In this document: in pieces, positions 10,901-20,834 of the stretch
Position numbering within the stretch: the stretch's first letter is position 1
How the letters are laid out: every line of letters begins with the position of its first letter
Origin: Longimicrobiales bacterium
GTDB taxonomy: Bacteria; Gemmatimonadota; Gemmatimonadetes; Longimicrobiales; Gaopeijiaceae
Assembly (NCBI GenBank): GCA_965219445.1
Contig: CBDCNQ010000005.1
Coordinates: 672,001 to 736,000, forward strand
DNA: 64,000 nt
Direction: 5' to 3'
The notes under the pieces: generated by a model
Seen by the model: only the letters and a program-made list of their open reading frames with translations
Told to the model about the DNA's origin: nothing
Database searches by the model: none
Program-made: the position numbers and the translations under genes

Positions 10901-11134
10901 GGCTCCGGGGTTTCGGACAGGCGTGCAGCTTCCCGGTCCTTCGGTGGGCTCACGCCAACGTTCTTACGCAGAGCCAATATATGGGAATCAGGCGGATGAC
11001 CAAGAACCGAAGGGCTTGCGCCACCGCCTCCTCCGCTATTAACGAAGTGAAGCCGGATTCAGTCTCGAGCAGTCGTTTTCGCTGGCGCCGGGTATCAAGC
11101 TGGCGTTGGTTCTCAGGTCCACGAGCGTTGGTCT

Positions 11135-11332
11135 ATGGTTGAAGAAACCTCACTGGAGAGATTACCCATTTCCGCCGTGGCAATCCTCGTGCTGCTTGCC
11201 CTGCTCGGGCCGCCTCGGTTGGGGGCCCAGGAACCCCCTCAGCCCACACAGGAGCCGGAGGACACCGTGCTGGTGCCTGTCGGCCCGGTGCAGCCAGATA
11301 TCGAGGTGCCCAGGAGGTTGACCGAGTGTTGA
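11135..11332 (+). pseudogene. Probable N-terminal remnant of a secreted protein
   Basis: Hydrophobic signal-like stretch and AQEPPQPTQEP linker, then an early stop at 65 aa. Confidence 0.3.
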
Positions 11333-11590
11333 GGGCTCAATCCCCTCATCCGTTCCCGTCGATGCCTCAAGCGCAAGCGCACAACCGGAAGCCGATTGAC
11401 GCGCAGCAGAAAAACATATCCGTTAGAGGGCAACGCGGATCGGTCTCGGGTACGCGTCAGGAGTCGTGAATACGTGACATATCTTCCGGCCGAACCATCG
11501 CTAGTGGCTTTGGATCCCATGGTGAACCCAACTGAAGGCCCTCTCAGGCGTCTTGTCGGTGAGGTCTGTAGCCGGCTGAAGACGGCCAGC

Positions 11591-12658
11591 ATGCTGAAGT
11601 TGCTGGTCTGTTTCGTGGTGACCCCGTGGTCAGCGGTCGCGCAGAATCGGCCGGATGACATCATGGAGATCTACGTGATCGACGTGGAGGGAGGGGCAGC
11701 CACGCTGTTCGTAGCGCCGTCGGGTGAGTCGATGCTCGTCGATACCGGGTGGCCGGGCCTTAATGGGCGAGACGCTGACCGTATCGCTTCGGCTGCCGAG
11801 CAGGCAGGCGTGACCCGAATCAACTACTTGATCGTGACCCACTTCCACACAGACCACATGGGTGGTGCGGCGCAACTCGCGGACAGACTCCCAATTCTGC
11901 AATTCCTTGACCATGGTACAACCGTCGACCAGGGAAACCGCGCCAGAGCGGGCTTTCAGACCTACGTGAATCTCCGGAACGGCGGAACGCACCGGGTGGT
12001 GACACCTGGCGACCCCGTTCCGGTCGCGGGATTGGACGTCCGAATCATCGCGTCCCACGGCACGGTTCTGACCACTCCGCTACCGAACGCCGGCGACACG
12101 AATCCCTTCTGCGACGGCTTCATGTTCCACGGGGACGACATCACGAGCCGGGGGGGCGACGCGGAAGACCAACGGTCGGTGAGTGCGGTCGTCAGCTTCG
12201 GAGAATTCCGCACGATCATCATGGGCGATCTGACGTGGAACAAGGAACACACGCTGATGTGCCCGGACAACAAGGTTGGCACGGTGGATCTCTACCTCGT
12301 GTCGCACCATGGCTCCGACACTTCGGGCTCGGAGGCGCTCGTCCATGCGCTGCAGCCCCGGGCCGCCATCATGAACAACGGACCGCGCAAGGGGGGTGCC
12401 GTCCAGACCTTCCAGATCCTCCAAGCCGCGACAAGCCTTGAACACCTATGGCAGAATCACTACTCCGTGGCTGCCGGCGACGAATACAACATGCCCGAGC
12501 GTTTCATCGCGAACCTGCAGGTTGGAACGGGACCGCCGGAGGCCCCAGCTGTACACATGGGCGAGGCGAACTGGATCAAGGTCTCGGCGCGGCGCGACGG
12601 GGCCTTCACGGTGACGAACAGCCGTAACGGATTCAGTCGGAGCTATCGGCCGAACTGA
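11591..12658 (+). CDS. Secreted metallo-beta-lactamase-fold hydrolase (ComEC/Rec2-like)
   Basis: IDVEGGAATL, LVDTG, THFHTDHMGG (HxHxDH), GDL and SHHG motifs; signal peptide. Start codon uncertain. Confidence 0.85.
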   Translation: MLKLLVCFVVTPWSAVAQNRPDDIMEIYVIDVEGGAATLFVAPSGESMLVDTGWPGLNGRDADRIASAAEQAGVTRINYLIVTHFHTDHMGGAAQLADRLPILQFLDHGTTVDQGNRARAGFQTYVNLRNGGTHRVVTPGDPVPVAGLDVRIIASHGTVLTTPLPNAGDTNPFCDGFMFHGDDITSRGGDAEDQRSVSAVVSFGEFRTIIMGDLTWNKEHTLMCPDNKVGTVDLYLVSHHGSDTSGSEALVHALQPRAAIMNNGPRKGGAVQTFQILQAATSLEHLWQNHYSVAAGDEYNMPERFIANLQVGTGPPEAPAVHMGEANWIKVSARRDGAFTVTNSRNGFSRSYRPN

Positions 12659-12709
12659 CTGTCGCCTGCTCGACTCCTCCCATGTCAGCGCCTGCGCGGC
12701 ACAGCCATG

Positions 12710-12745
12710 TGACGTCTTGACGCTATGACGTTGTGGAGTCATATT
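12710..12745 (+). promoter_or_regulatory. Sigma70-type promoter of the TA operon with overlapping TGACG repeats
   Basis: TTGACG (12717-12722), 17-nt spacer, CATATT (12740-12745). TGACG occurs at 12710, 12718 and 12726. Confidence 0.6.
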
Positions 12746-12751
12746 GCGAGC

Positions 12752-12985
12752 ATGAGCGAAGATACACGCCGCACCACAGTCTATTTTGACCCGTCGATTC
12801 ATCGTGCCCTCCGCCTGAAGGCGGCAGAGACCGATCAAAGCTTTTCGGAACTCGTCAACATGGCGGTTCGCGAGAGCCTCTCGGAAGACGTCACCGATTT
12901 GGAGGCGTTCGAATCCAGAACCTCTGAACCCAACGTCTCGTTCGAGAGCGTCGTCAAGGACTTGAGGCGCAGTGGAAAGCTATGA
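12752..12985 (+). CDS. CopG/ribbon-helix-helix antitoxin
   Basis: RTTVYFDPSIHRALRLKAAETDQSFSELVNMAVR RHH pattern with an acidic C-terminus. Overlaps the toxin gene. Confidence 0.85.
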   Translation: MSEDTRRTTVYFDPSIHRALRLKAAETDQSFSELVNMAVRESLSEDVTDLEAFESRTSEPNVSFESVVKDLRRSGKL

Positions 12986-13232
12986 GCTTTTCATCAAGCC
13001 CTCCGCGGCGAAAGAGCTCGAGGCAGTGGGCCGAAAATCGGATCGCACGCGGATCGTCGACCAGATCTACACGTTGAAGGACGATCCGCGACCTCAGGGG
13101 TGCGAGAAACTCACGGGCCAGGATCGTTACCGAGTCCGCCAGGGCCAGTTCCGGATTCTCTACGTTGTCGACGATAATGAATGCGTTGTCACGGTGGTCA
13201 AGATCGGTCATCGGCGCGACGTCTACCGATAG
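12972..13232 (+). CDS. RelE/ParE-family toxin
   Basis: IKPSAAKEL…[12 protein letters not shown]…[12 protein letters not shown]…[12 protein letters not shown]. Confidence 0.92.
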   Translation: MESYELFIKPSAAKELEAVGRKSDRTRIVDQIYTLKDDPRPQGCEKLTGQDRYRVRQGQFRILYVVDDNECVVTVVKIGHRRDVYR

Positions 13233-13360
13233 CGATTGCTGCAGTCGCGGTAGGCTTTCAGGCTCGCGCGCTTCGCTCGCGGAGGGCATCTTGGACGCTC
13301 AGCAGAATCGCAGAGACGTTAGATGGCCTATCTATATGCCCTGACAGTGGGACGGGATCT

Positions 13361-13828
13361 ATGCCGAAGGTTGTTCCGAAACGTGTGACAGCTGAGATCG
13401 AAGGTGACTTTGTCGTCTTCCTCATCGGGATGCGAATCAACAAGCCCTGGAAGATCCACAAGTGGCTCCCCGTCTTCCGTGCGATGCCCAGAATGATCCG
13501 CGAGCTTCAGCAGCGTCCTGACTCAGGGTTCCTCGGCCATATCATGAGCTTCGGCGTAATTGTGCAGTACTGGCGAACCTTTGACGATTTAGAGTCCTAC
13601 GCCCGGAGCGCCGACCAACTGCACTGGCCAGCTTGGGTCGACTTCAACAAGCGCATCGGCGGGAGTCGTGGCGACGTGGGTATCTGGCACGAGACGTACC
13701 GAGTCCGCGCCGGGGAGTACGAGTGCGTGTACAGCGGAATGCCACCCCATGGTCTGGCGAAGGCGAGCGTAACAACGGACGCTGTGGGAGAACTCGAATC
13801 GGCGCGGGGTAGGATCGAGAGTAACTGA
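13361..13828 (+). CDS. DUF4188-domain protein (putative monooxygenase-like)
   Basis: [17 protein letters not shown]…LESYAR and VGIWHETY…[13 protein letters not shown]. Confidence 0.8.
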   Translation: MPKVVPKRVTAEIEGDFVVFLIGMRINKPWKIHKWLPVFRAMPRMIRELQQRPDSGFLGHIMSFGVIVQYWRTFDDLESYARSADQLHWPAWVDFNKRIGGSRGDVGIWHETYRVRAGEYECVYSGMPPHGLAKASVTTDAVGELESARGRIESN

Positions 13829-14004
13829 GACGCTAGGGCGGGCCATCTAGGCATCAGGCTCGCACGCTACGCCCGCGGTCACCACATTAGCCGCGCAAGT
13901 TGCGGCTCGAAGAGGGCGACGTCCTAGGTGCGCCCCAGGCGGAGTTTACAGCCAATCTGACTGCCATCGAGCGTGTGATTGCCTTCCACACGCGACACCG
14001 TGAG

Positions 14005-15381
14005 CTAGCCCGCGGGCGGGATGTTCTGGTTCATCCGGAAAAGGTTGTCCGGGTCGTACTTCTTCTTGATGTCGGCGAGCCGCGTGTAGGTGGCGCCGTA
14101 GTTCTTCTCGGCGTTGTCCGCGTCCTCGGCCGACTGGAAGTTGATATAGCCGCCCTCGCGCGAGAGCGGCGCCGTGGCCACGTAGTAGTCCCGCACCCAC
14201 TTGGTGTTGGCCTCGTTGTCCTTCGGCTCGGGCCACATGCCGGCAATGACCGTGGAGAAGTTGGCGTCGCGGTTTCCGAACGCGGTCGCGTCGGCCTCCA
14301 CGTCATGGACGGCGCCGTTGATCGCATGGATGTGCATCGTCGACTCGACCACCGGCACCTTGGGGCCGTGCTCGAGGTGTACGTCGATGAGATCGTCGCT
14401 CAGCTCCTCCACGAAGTTCGCCTTCCAGTAGTGCTGCAGGCCCGGGGGGAGGAGCGCATCGAAGGCCGAGTTGAGCGCCGGGTACGGCACGGGGCCGACG
14501 CCGTGAGCCACGACCGGAGCGGCATCCATTAGTGGCTTGAAGGCCGCCTCTCCCTGCTCCAGGGGCCCCGCCCAGCAGGCGACGATGACGCACATGGTCT
14601 CGCCGTGGCGGTCTTCCGGGATGAACGGGAGCGGCGGAGCGATCTGCCATCCGAAGATCGCGCCGAGCTCCCTCGGCGCGTCGGCGATGTAGGTCCCATA
14701 GGCTTGCAGGACGTCTCGCGCCCGCGCCGCCTGGAAGAAGATCGGACCGCCGTGGACCACGCTGACCGGGTGCAAGCGGAACTCGAAGTCGGTGACGACA
14801 CCGAAGTTGCCGCCGCCACCGCGAAGCGCCCAGAAGAGGTCGGCGTTGTCGTCTTCGCTCGCGTGCACGAGCTCACCGTTCGCGGTCACGACGTCGGCGG
14901 AGATGAGATTGTCGATCGACAGCCCGTGCCCGCGCGTGAGGTACCCGATGCCGCCGCCGAGGGTGAGACCGCCGATGCCGGTCGTCGACACGACGCCGCC
15001 CACGGTGGCCAGACCGAACGGGTGGGTCGCGTAGTCGAGGTCGCCCCATTGGCAGCCGCCCTGGGCGCGGACGGACTTGTTCCCCGGATTGACGCGCGTC
15101 CCCCGCATCGACGACAGGTCGAGGACCACGCCGCCGTCGTTCGTTCCGAACCCGGGCACGCTGTGCGAGCCACCTCGGATCGACAGGTCCGCGCCGGTCT
15201 CCCCGGCGAACCGGACGACGGATATGACATCCGCCTGGTCCGAAGCACGGACGATCGCCATCGGGCGCTTGTCGATCATCCCGTTGTAGACCCTGCGCGC
15301 CTCTTCGTAACGGTCATCGTTTTCGTTGATGACCTCTCCGCGCACCTGCTCGCTCAGACTCTCGATCGTCGCTTTGCTCAT
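14005..15381 (-). CDS. FAD-binding oxidoreductase, VAO/berberine-bridge-enzyme family
   Basis: RGGSHS covalent-FAD His motif, TGIGGLTLGGG, LFWALRGGGGNFGVVT and C-terminal KKKYDPDNLFRMNQNI. Confidence 0.93.
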   Translation of the reverse strand: MSKATIESLSEQVRGEVINENDDRYEEARRVYNGMIDKRPMAIVRASDQADVISVVRFAGETGADLSIRGGSHSVPGFGTNDGGVVLDLSSMRGTRVNPGNKSVRAQGGCQWGDLDYATHPFGLATVGGVVSTTGIGGLTLGGGIGYLTRGHGLSIDNLISADVVTANGELVHASEDDNADLFWALRGGGGNFGVVTDFEFRLHPVSVVHGGPIFFQAARARDVLQAYGTYIADAPRELGAIFGWQIAPPLPFIPEDRHGETMCVIVACWAGPLEQGEAAFKPLMDAAPVVAHGVGPVPYPALNSAFDALLPPGLQHYWKANFVEELSDDLIDVHLEHGPKVPVVESTMHIHAINGAVHDVEADATAFGNRDANFSTVIAGMWPEPKDNEANTKWVRDYYVATAPLSREGGYINFQSAEDADNAEKNYGATYTRLADIKKKYDPDNLFRMNQNIPPAG

Positions 15382-15556
15382 TATCTTTCTCCTCGGAAGA
15401 GCCGGCGAAGCTTGCGTAGGGGGAGCGGGATACGCAAGAGTCCCTCTCGACAATGGAACCGAAGCTCACCCACCTCGCCATGCACGCGAGCGAATAGGCG
15501 GTAGAGGCACGCCACTCATCGACCGAGATCCAATAACCGACAAGGACGACCGATCC

Positions 15557-16258
15557 TCAAAAAGGATTCGTCGCAAACACTGAGAATTCCGGAATGAAGC
15601 CCCGGTGATCCACTTTGAGCGCTCCAAGGATCGCGGTGGCGATTTCCTGAGGCCGCAGTTTCTTGTCGGAAATCTCCCGCTCGACACCCGCTTTTTCCGC
15701 AAAGTTGGTCATGACTTCGCTCGGGTTCACCAACATGACTCGCACGTTGTGACGTCGAAGCTCATCGCGCCAACATTCCGTCATACCACGCAAGGCAAAC
15801 TTCGAGGAACCGTAAGCGGTGCGCCCGCCGCTCCCCTTGAGGCCTGAGGTAGAGGATATGTTAATCATCTCGCCACTACCTTGCTTGATGAACTGCCGAG
15901 CCGCTTCTCGCGCCATGAGGAATGGGCCGAACACGTTAGTCTGGAACATGCCCTCCAACTCTTCGAGCGTCGTGTCAACCAAGGGTTTGAAGAGGCCATA
16001 ACCGGCGTTGTTGACCAAAATATCGAGCCGCCCATGCTTTTCGATCACGGAACTCACGGTGCGGACCGCATCCGCCTCGTTCCCCACGTCGCCCACTATC
16101 CAATCCAGTCCCAGCTCCTGGGCGGCGTCGCGAACGGCATCTTCACGACGGCCTGTAATGGTGACTCTGCTATCCTCACTCTTCAGCGCTTCGGCAATGG
16201 CACGGCCGATCCCCTCGCTGCCACCGGTCACCAGCGCAACTGTATCTCCGAGTTCCAC
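15557..16258 (-). CDS. Short-chain dehydrogenase/reductase
   Basis: TGGSEGIG, NNAG and YGSSK (YxxxK) motifs. GTG start inferred. Confidence 0.93.
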   Translation of the reverse strand: MELGDTVALVTGGSEGIGRAIAEALKSEDSRVTITGRREDAVRDAAQELGLDWIVGDVGNEADAVRTVSSVIEKHGRLDILVNNAGYGLFKPLVDTTLEELEGMFQTNVFGPFLMAREAARQFIKQGSGEMINISSTSGLKGSGGRTAYGSSKFALRGMTECWRDELRRHNVRVMLVNPSEVMTNFAEKAGVEREISDKKLRPQEIATAILGALKVDHRGFIPEFSVFATNPF

Positions 16259-16511
16259 AGGAATCTCCCGAGTATGAGATTTCAATAATCTGCCTCGCTC
16301 CGGCAACGACCTTCGTCCTTCCCGGAATTCCGGGGGGACAGTTTACTCCAGTCGCGGAGCTGGTGCACGCTCTGGAGTCGGCGTTTCACCTAATCCGGTT
16401 ACGGACGCGGAAAGATCGAGAGGCTCGCGCACTTCACTCGCCGTCTGCACATTACAGATCTCGGTGCCGCCGCTGAGTTGGAATCTGACTGAAACCAGAT
16501 CGTCAAATGCG

Positions 16512-17390
16512 ATGAACGAGATGCGCCCGCCCGTGCTGATCTTGATGCTGCTCGTCGCGTGTGCGCCAGCTACGCGCGGTGCGGGCACCCGAACCCCGGG
16601 AAACTGTGCGTGGCGGGTGTGCGTCACGTCCGTGAACACCCCCTCAGGCCGAGCCTATCAGGCTGTGAATCGGGAACCGGTGCCAGCCACAATCGTGCTG
16701 ACCTTCCGGTCCCCGGGGAACCTACGCGCCGGCGCGGATCTTCCAATCGAGCGGGTGGTGCCACCGGAATCGACAACGATCCTGGTCCGCCTCCGCCAGA
16801 TCGTTCAGACTGAAGCAGCCCGTCCGAGGGTAACGATCGGGATCGACCTAGGTTCCAGCTCCACCCAGCCGGACGCCGATCACCTTTACGCGGTACCGTT
16901 CGGTGGAGACTCTCGTCGAGAGTTGAGCCAAGGTTTCGGCGGAGCTGGGTCACACTTGGGCGACATGAGCTACTCCCTCGACTTTCTGATGCCGGAGGGC
17001 ACGCCGGTTCTTGCGGCCCGTGCGGGAACCGTGCTCTACCTGCAAGACGGGTTTACAGAGGGCCGGGCGGATCCGAACCTTCTGGAGCGGGCCAATCTGG
17101 TAGTGGTGGCGCATCGCGACGGTACTATGGCTTCCTACGGTCATCTCACCGCCGGAATTCCAGTGTCAGTCGGTGACGCCGTGGGCGAGGGGGATGTGCT
17201 GGGCTGGAGCGGCGCAACCGGCTTCGCGGGCCGACCGCATCTCCATTTCCATGTGGGTCTACGGATGCTGGGGGCCCCGGGGCGTAGCATTCCTATACAG
17301 CTGAGAGACCGTGAGGGGCACATCCTCGATTTGGCCGTTGGATCTTTGATCGAACCTGCTCGGGCGAATTCGGGAGAGACCCGGAAGTAA
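16512..17390 (+). CDS. M23-family metallopeptidase, lipoprotein-like
   Basis: LDFLMPEGTPVLAARAG, YGHL and SGATG…PHLHF motifs; lipobox-like LVAC. Confidence 0.85.
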   Translation: MNEMRPPVLILMLLVACAPATRGAGTRTPGNCAWRVCVTSVNTPSGRAYQAVNREPVPATIVLTFRSPGNLRAGADLPIERVVPPESTTILVRLRQIVQTEAARPRVTIGIDLGSSSTQPDADHLYAVPFGGDSRRELSQGFGGAGSHLGDMSYSLDFLMPEGTPVLAARAGTVLYLQDGFTEGRADPNLLERANLVVVAHRDGTMASYGHLTAGIPVSVGDAVGEGDVLGWSGATGFAGRPHLHFHVGLRMLGAPGRSIPIQLRDREGHILDLAVGSLIEPARANSGETRK

Positions 17391-17424
17391 TCTGCTCGCT
17401 TCTTCTTCACGCGAGGACAGATCC

Positions 17425-17784
17425 ATGACGCCATCTCCCCGGACGCTCGACTGGCAGTATTACCGCCCCGGATGACAGAGCTGCAAGCGCACGCAGGAGT
17501 TTCTTGCGAAGAACGCCATCCCTGACGGTGTGGTTCAGAGCGCGACGAAGGAGCCGGTAATCGGCGAGGCTGCGCTGACCGTTCTCGAGGGCATCGAACA
17601 CCTCCACGTGGCCAAGGGAACGAAGATCCTCCACTTCGATCTGTCACGGGATCGGCCCGCGGACGCCGAGCTGCTCGGCATGCTCCTCGGCCGCTCGGGA
17701 AAGCTGAGAGCGCCGACCATCAGGACGGGTGCCACACTCTTGGTGGGGTATAACCTTGACCTACTCGAGACCGGGTTGTTGTAA
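17425..17784 (+). CDS. ArsC/Spx-like thioredoxin-fold protein with in-frame UGA (putative selenocysteine, UxxC)
   Basis: RBS gagga then ATG 17425: MTPSPRTLDWQYYRPG-[TGA 17473]-QSCKRTQEFL, continuing in frame into ORF 17530..17784 (…LLGRSGKLRAPTIRTGATLLVGYN). Confidence 0.85.
17492..17508 (+). promoter_or_regulatory. Candidate bacterial SECIS hairpin
   Basis: cgcagga-gtt-tcttgcg stem-loop starting 16 nt after the UGA. Confidence 0.45.
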
Positions 17785-17863
17785 CGTAGAGTAGGTACTA
17801 GAAGCGACACCAGGTCCCCTCGCGGCCCCTTCGCCGACAAGTGCTTGAGCAGTTTGCGCTCCG

Positions 17864-18445
17864 ATGAAGGGACGGTTGCTGGTGAGGAACAAGCTCGGTG
17901 TGGCGCTTTTGGCACTCGCGATCGCGGCGGCCTGGAGTGTTATAGCGCGTGAACAAGCGCCGATAAGCGCGGGCACCTTCTTGGTCTACGACAACGCCGG
18001 CATGGAGATGCGGCTGACTTTCTCCCCCGCGGGCGGCGGCCGATTCGGCACAAGCATCTCCTACCTGGGCGAGGACGGGATGTACGAATCGGCCCAGCCA
18101 TCGTCCGCGCCGAGCAACGTCGTCGATACACGTATGCGAACCACCGATGGTCTTGTCTTCGAGCTAGGCTCGCTGGGACCGCTGTGGGTGCCACCGAACG
18201 AGGTACGCGAGGGCGGTAGCGCACACGGCACGCGAGTTAGTGAGGTTCGACGGTGGGAAAACTGGGAGGTCGGCGTGGTGACAGCCAGTGTCGGGATCGG
18301 TGGGGCGCTGCGTGGTGAATGGTACTATGACACGCGGACGGGCTTCCTGGTCGGAGGTACGAAGAGCACGGCGGTATCGCTCCCGGGCGACGGGCAGGTG
18401 TTCACCCTAACGGACAGCAATCTCCCCGACCTCGGTCTCCGCTAG
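17864..18445 (+). CDS. Secreted hypothetical protein
   Basis: N-terminal hydrophobic signal and beta-rich body; no family recognised. Confidence 0.6.
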   Translation: MKGRLLVRNKLGVALLALAIAAAWSVIAREQAPISAGTFLVYDNAGMEMRLTFSPAGGGRFGTSISYLGEDGMYESAQPSSAPSNVVDTRMRTTDGLVFELGSLGPLWVPPNEVREGGSAHGTRVSEVRRWENWEVGVVTASVGIGGALRGEWYYDTRTGFLVGGTKSTAVSLPGDGQVFTLTDSNLPDLGLR

Positions 18446-18497
18446 TCCACAAGGAGATTGGTGGCCCCGGGGAGCGTTAACCCACGGCGCGATCGAC

Positions 18498-19184
18498 CTA
18501 CTCGACGATCAGGGGATCGACAGACTGGCGGACCTCTACCCGCATCCTGGACCCGAAAAGGCCCCCGGCGATATCCACCTCATTGAAGCGGAAGACTCGG
18601 ATACGCTGATCTACCCTGGCCGGGTTCGATGCACCCGGAATGATCACGGCACCCGTGTCCGGCAGTAGCACAGGCCCGTAGTCCCTCGTCTCAATTTCAG
18701 CACTCCTGGCCTGCGAAGGCACGTCCCAACGCACCGTCAGATCCTGGTCCGCTGAAACCGTCGAGTCCACCGTAGGCTCAGTTATCGTATGGATTCCTGG
18801 CCCACCCAACACGACGCCCCCTACAACGTCCGTACCGCTCACGACACTGAGCTCAAAGTCACCCTCATGGAAGGTGTTGCTCTCTGCTACGTAGTCCCCT
18901 GATGCGCCGGCGTCGAGGAGCGTGACTACGCCAAATCCGGCGTTCGTAATGGTGACCGTAGCTCCCGTCACCAGCTCGCCCATCCCATCGCGAACCCGGA
19001 CTGAGAACTCGGTGACAAAGCCACCGGCCTGGTCGTAGGCATCGACGTCCGCGCGGATGTCGAGCGTTCCGGTCCCGGTTCCGGGGTCATTCCGCTCGAT
19101 GGCAGGGTCGGTCAGGCTATCTCCACAGGACGCGAGAAAGACCGCGGCGCCCATTCCCACAACAGCAAACATCTTGAATCTCAT
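18498..19184 (-). CDS. Lipoprotein of unknown function (Ig-like/beta-rich)
   Basis: Lipobox FLASC and RBS gagga upstream. Confidence 0.75.
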   Translation of the reverse strand: MRFKMFAVVGMGAAVFLASCGDSLTDPAIERNDPGTGTGTLDIRADVDAYDQAGGFVTEFSVRVRDGMGELVTGATVTITNAGFGVVTLLDAGASGDYVAESNTFHEGDFELSVVSGTDVVGGVVLGGPGIHTITEPTVDSTVSADQDLTVRWDVPSQARSAEIETRDYGPVLLPDTGAVIIPGASNPARVDQRIRVFRFNEVDIAGGLFGSRMRVEVRQSVDPLIVE

Positions 19185-19247
19185 TCCTCAAACTCTCCCT
19201 TACATCTGTCCTGAAACCACCTCTTAACACAAAGCCCCCTTATTCAG

Positions 19248-19263
19248 TGCAACAATCGAGCCA
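19248..19263 (-). promoter_or_regulatory. Candidate sigma54 (-24/-12) promoter
   Basis: Minus strand TGGCTCGATTGTTGCA fits GG-N10-GC, about 65 nt upstream of the lipoprotein ATG. Confidence 0.55.
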
Positions 19264-19325
19264 CGAAATCGCTGACTCGGGCCGTCCGGAGTTCTCGCTG
19301 GCGCCCGGGAGCGGCATGGAGTCCC

Positions 19326-20366
19326 TCAGACGTTGAAGCGCACGTGCATGATGTCGCCGTCGGACACGACGTAGTCTTTCCCTTCGACTTGGAGTCGCCC
19401 GGCCTCCTTCACCGCCTGTTCGGATCCGAACTCCATGAAGGTCTCATAGGGAATCACCTCCGCCCGGATGAAGCCACGCTCCAGATCGGAGTGAATACGG
19501 CCCGCCGCAGGCCGTGCGTGTGTGCCGCGCCGGATGGTCCAGGCCCTCACCTCGTCCCCTCCGACCGTAAAAAAGGAAATGAGGTCCAACAGGCCGTACG
19601 CTGTTCGGATGAAGCGTGCCAGCGCCGGCTCACTTAGGCCGAGATCTTCCAGAAACGCGGCCTGATCCCCCGAGTCGAGCCCCGCAATCTCGGCCTCCAC
19701 GCTCGCCGACAACACCATGCCTGCCGCATCCAGCTCCCCGAGGCGAGCGGCGATCCCTTCGGGCATCGGCTCCGCGGCTTCGGTCTCGCCGCGGTTCAGA
19801 GCCACAAGCAGCGGACGGTCCGTGAGCAGCCCGTAGCCCCGCAAATAGGCGGGATTCAGTTCCTCCCGAGGAAGCAGCCGTAACGGGCGCTCCTCCTCGA
19901 GTGTCGACTTCATCACCTCGAACGCCGCAACCTCGTGCGGCTCGGCAGGCTCCTTCTTTGCCCGCTCGAGCCTACGATCGACAATTTCGAGATCGGCGAA
20001 CACACATTCCGTATGGAATGCTTCGAGGTCCGCTGCTGGCTCCGGCTCACCCTCGATCGCGGGGTTCACGAAGTCACGGAGGACCAAGCAAAGCGCCTCC
20101 TGGTCGCGGATCTGCTGAAGCCCTCGGGCAGAGAGCCCCTTCTTTTCGGCCCCGTGCTCGCCGGGAATGTCACAAAAGCTAATCTCGGCATAGGTCGTTT
20201 TCTTACGGGAGAAGATGGCCGACAGCTCGTCGATCCGCTCGTCCGGAACTCGAACGACGCCGAGTCGCAGTTCCCCGCCGAACCCCACCGGCACGTCCAT
20301 ACCCGTCATCGTATTGAAGACGGTCGTCTTGCCGGAGCCGGCAAACCCAACCAGTCCTATTTTCAT
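19326..20366 (-). CDS. ychF: YchF/OLA1-family ATPase (atypical paralog)
   Basis: GFAGSGKTT P-loop, LISFFTVGGDEVRAWTI, AAGRIHSDLERGFIRAEV and EGKDYVVSDGDIMHVRFNV. Confidence 0.85.
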   Translation of the reverse strand: MKIGLVGFAGSGKTTVFNTMTGMDVPVGFGGELRLGVVRVPDERIDELSAIFSRKKTTYAEISFCDIPGEHGAEKKGLSARGLQQIRDQEALCLVLRDFVNPAIEGEPEPAADLEAFHTECVFADLEIVDRRLERAKKEPAEPHEVAAFEVMKSTLEEERPLRLLPREELNPAYLRGYGLLTDRPLLVALNRGETEAAEPMPEGIAARLGELDAAGMVLSASVEAEIAGLDSGDQAAFLEDLGLSEPALARFIRTAYGLLDLISFFTVGGDEVRAWTIRRGTHARPAAGRIHSDLERGFIRAEVIPYETFMEFGSEQAVKEAGRLQVEGKDYVVSDGDIMHVRFNV

Positions 20367-20656
20367 TCACTCTCCGCGGATCAAAGTCGCCGCAATGTCC
20401 CCATTCGTAACGGATTTCCGGAGCTGTGCGGGCCGTTCGAGACTTGGACAGATCGTGCGGAACGGCGTCCGAAACGATGGCAAAGTGAAGCGTCGGCCAC
20501 AGTATAGCACAACGAGGTCTCACGCATGACCGTCCACGGGATCGACGTGGGGAAGTCCGCTGCCGGGGGCGGAACAGAGGCTCGAAGGCTTGACAGCGAC
20601 AGGCTCTTTCCTCTATCTAAACCCTTACGCTTGTCTCCTCAGGAGACTCTCTTTCA

Positions 20657-20770
20657 ATGAAGCACGCAGCGACCATGTTCAGAAATCTCTCTAGCCTTGA
20701 AATCCTTCGACTTACGGAGCTTGCTCCTTTGGGGAGAGGGCTTCGGTCTCTGGTAATCGGTACAGCCTGA
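20657..20770 (+). CDS. Putative leu operon leader peptide (37 aa, 8 Leu)
   Basis: RBS aggaga at 20641; MKHAATMFRNLSSLEILRLTELAPLGRGLRSLVIGTA*. Five of the eight Leu codons are CTT. Confidence 0.7.
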   Translation: MKHAATMFRNLSSLEILRLTELAPLGRGLRSLVIGTA

Positions 20771-20798
20771 CGGAAACGAGATCGAACGCGGCGACGCG

Positions 20799-20834
20799 CG
20801 GGCCCTCTCAACAACGAGGGGCCCGTTTTTATTT
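20799..20834 (+). terminator. Attenuator terminator upstream of leuA
   Basis: cgggccc(t)ctc-aacaac-gaggggcccg followed by tttttattt. Confidence 0.85.

Noticed and set aside
11135..11590. Sec readthrough of TGT-TGA at 11330 into the in-frame MBL hydrolase ORF
   Set aside because: The intervening translation is Arg-rich and not protein-like, and the hydrolase has its own signal peptide downstream.
16321..16334. Perfect palindrome CCCGGAATTCCGGG in a divergent intergenic region
   Set aside because: Single occurrence with no supporting context; could be chance or an unassignable operator.
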